Shown one piece after another: positions 61,489-64,000 of a stretch of DNA of 64,000 bases. Source of the stretch: Octopus sinensis (taxonomy: Eukaryota); assembly GCF_006345805.1 (NCBI RefSeq), contig NC_042998.1, positions 206,336,001-206,400,000 of the forward strand, written 5' to 3'. The notes beneath the pieces are model-generated. The model worked only from the letters and a program-made list of their open reading frames with translations, searched no databases and had not been told where the DNA came from. Each line of letters starts with the position of its first letter. The first letter of the stretch is position 1. The position numbers and the translations under genes were made by a program.

Positions 61489-62118
61489 GTCTGTCAACCT
61501 TCAGTGAAAGGCCTCTCCCAAGAGATACAAAAGATATGCGGCCTATATGACATCAGGACGGTATTCAAGAGTAATACAACACTTTGCAAATATCTCCTTT
61601 GAGTGAAACCACCAATAGAAGAGAATATGACCAAAGACTGCACGTACTCCATCCCATGCAGCTGTTGTAGGTTATACAAAGGTAAAACATGCCACCTCCT
61701 CAAAATAAGGGTAGGGGAACATCGCAAAGCTGTGACATGAGGAGATATTGATAAATCGGGTATAGCTGATCATGTATGGGAAAATGGAGACCACCTCCCC
61801 CTGTGGGATGAAGTTAAAATAATAGACAGAGAACACCACTGGAAAATACGGAAACTAAAAGAAGCAGCACATATGCTAGGACACAACAACCTCTTAAGCA
61901 GACTGATTGCAGATATGAACAGCATATGGGAACTGGTATTAAGGAAGGATGGGAAAATATTAGATTTATAAGCCCTAAAATTCACTCCATAATTGCATAG
62001 AACCCAGATTCGAAATTTCCCCAGGACACCTGAAGAAGGCTGGAGGGTTTATCAGCCGAAACGTTGTTTTATCAACAAACATGATGAGGACAAATATCTG
62101 TCAAATGTAAATAATGTA
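61489..62118 (+). mobile_element. Penelope-like element 3' relic: end of RT, GIY-YIG endonuclease and hammerhead-containing terminal repeat
   Basis: Single frame 61489-61971 reads ..VKGLSQEIQKICGLYDIRTVFKSNTTL..CTYSIPCSCCRLYKGKT..LKIRVGEHRKAV..SGIADHVWENGDHLPLWDEVKIIDREHHWKIRKLKEAAHM; two in-frame TGA stops at positions consistent with CGA decay; followed by the hammerhead motif at 62025-62070. Confidence 0.88.
62025..62070 (+). ncRNA. Minimal type-I hammerhead ribozyme motif (Penelope-like terminal repeat)
   Basis: GACAC-CTGAAGA-A-GGCTG(gagggtttat)CAGCC-GAA-ACGT-T-GTTTT; stem I has one mismatch in this copy. Confidence 0.75.
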
Positions 62119-62666
62119 CATGTGTGTGTGTGTGTGTGTTTATCTTTGCTGCCACCACCACCACCACTTGGCAACCGGTGTTGGTTTGATTACATCTCTA
62201 TGGGTTTAATGTTTCCACAAAAGAAATTGACAGAAGAAGCACCAGATAAAATACATAACGGCTGAGGTTGATTTATTCAAAGCATTGCCCCAGCATGACC
62301 ACAGTCCAACGACTGGAACAAGCAAAAGATGCTAAGTGAGATACTAGGAGGCTGAATGAGAAGAAAGAAAGCAAACGAAGAAGAAAACGTAAGACAGAGA
62401 GAGAAGGAAAGAGAGAGAGAGAGAGGAGAAGAGAAACATCGTTAAGAGATTCCGTCTGTCGTTTCCATTTGCTACACATTTTAATGAATCCAGTCTGGTT
62501 GCGTCTTCTGGAATTGTGTTATAAACAAGGTAGCTACGATACCTGTAAGTACTGTCATCTAAACGGCAGGTTGCATTGTTGCAGAGGTGACAGCCAGCTC
62601 CAAGTACAAGGAGAGTTACGTAAGAGAGATGATAAATAGGTCTGTGTTATAGTATTACAGTATGGT

Positions 62667-63305
62667 GGAGGCGCAATGGTCCAGTGGTTAGGGCAGTGGA
62701 CTCGCAGTCATAAGATTGCGGCTTCGATTCCCAGACCGAGCATTGTGAGTGTTTATCGAGTGAAAACACCTAAAGCTCCACGAGGCTCCGTCAGGGGTAG
62801 GTTGGCGACTCCTGCTGTACTCTTTCACAACAACTTTCTCTCACTCTTTCTGCCTGTTTCTGTTGTACCTGTATTTCAAAGGGGCCAGACTTGTCACACT
62901 CTGTGTCACGGTGAATCTCCCCCGAGAACTACATTAAGGGTACATGTGTCTGTGGAGTGCTAAAGGTGGCGAGCTGGCAGAATTGTTAGCACGCCGGGCG
63001 AAATGCTTAGCGGTATTTCGCTTGCTGTTACGTTCTGAGTTCAAATTCTGCTGAGGTCGACTTTGCCTTTCATCCTTTCGGGGTCGATAAATTAAGTACC
63101 AGTCACGCACTGGAGTTGATGTAATTGACTTAATCCCTTTGACTGTCCTTGTTTGTCCTCTGTGTTTAGCCCCTTGTGGGTAGTAAAGAAATAGGTACAT
63201 GTGTCTGTGGAGTGCTCAGCCACTTGCATGTTAATTTCACGAGCACGTTGTTCTGTTGATCGGATCAACTGGAACCCTCGTCGTCGTAACTGACGGAGTG
63301 CCACA
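62667..63305 (+). mobile_element. SINE family E (tRNA head GGAGGCGCAATGG..TTCGATTCCC), interrupted by family C
   Basis: A/B-box-like head; tail GAGAACTAC..TGTGGAGTGCTCAGCCAC..GGAACCCT shared with copies near 18200, 28450 and 39680. Confidence 0.8.
62962..63193 (+). mobile_element. SINE family C nested in a family E SINE, 23-bp TSD
   Basis: TSD GGTACATGTGTCTGTGGAGTGCT at 62939-62961 and 63194-63216. Confidence 0.92.
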
Positions 63306-63625
63306 ATTACAGTATGTTTTAGTGTTATATGACAGAGTGTAATCAAAATAAGAAAAGGGCCAAAAAAGTCAGCCAGTTTCTTATTCCTGCCTGTGACAAA
63401 ATAGTCTTGAAGTTACAGAGAGCAGAGGAAGATATTCACAGGACACAGAACTCTACTTCTTTATACAACTGCAATAACTCTAATACCTTCTCTATCAATG
63501 GTGTGCACCTTTCTAAAAGTGCCATCAAGCTAAGGTCTGTCTTGCAAATGTCAGAGAAACAAAAAGTTTTATAGGGCTTAACTGAAAATATTTTTAAAAT
63601 GTAGTTCTCATAACATATACTCTTT

Positions 63626-63822
63626 ACTCTTTTACTTGTTTCAGTCATTTGTCTGCGGCCATGCTGGAGCACCGCCTTTAGTCGAGGAAATCGACCCCGG
63701 GACTTATTCTTTGTGAGCCCAGTACTTATTCTATCGGTCTCTTTTTGCCGAACCGCTAAGTGACGGGGACGTAAACACACCACCATCGGTTGTCAAGCAA
63801 TGCTAGGGGGACAAACACACAA

Positions 63823-63857
<35 letters not shown>

Positions 63858-64000
63858 CGTATATACGACAGGCTTCTTTCAGTTTCCGTCTACCAAATCC
63901 ACTCACAAGGCATTGGTCGGCCCGGGGCTATAGCAGAAGACACTTGCCCAAGATGCCATGCAGTGGGACTGAACCTGGAACCATGTGGTTGGTTAGCAAG
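63626..64000 (-). mobile_element. SINE family A (runs off the window end)
   Basis: Near-consensus copy. Confidence 0.9.

Noticed and set aside
63329-63574. 81-aa ORF in unique sequence
   Set aside because: No recognisable homology and no clear donor site.

Overview
AT-rich, microsatellite-rich animal genomic DNA made almost entirely of transposable-element sequence. The SINE repertoire looks like that of a coleoid cephalopod (Octopus-like); this is inference from repeat content, not from a gene. No host protein-coding exon could be identified, so the window is probably intronic or intergenic, and nearly all short ORFs in the track are repeat noise. Main features: (1) an apparently intact CR1-group LINE on the minus strand (ORF1 486 aa with an in-frame 97-aa duplication; ORF2 with APE endonuclease + RT; (TAAC)n tail); (2) a 4.2-kb array of 17 piggyBac-type (TTAA) MITEs joined by a 23-bp spacer that also joins a MITE dimer 37 kb away; (3) a decayed Penelope-like element (GIY-YIG endonuclease) whose 3' end carries a minimal type-I hammerhead ribozyme, plus three copies of a tRNA-headed SINE ending in the same ribozyme tail - the best candidate for an undescribed system; (4) a mariner relic containing a 5'-inverted RTE LINE with 12-bp TSD; (5) RTE relics, mariner/pogo MITEs, a non-autonomous Helitron and dozens of SINE copies in at least five families, labelled A-E here for convenience (only representative copies are listed). 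SINE boundaries are approximate to about 10 bp unless TSDs or TIRs are quoted.
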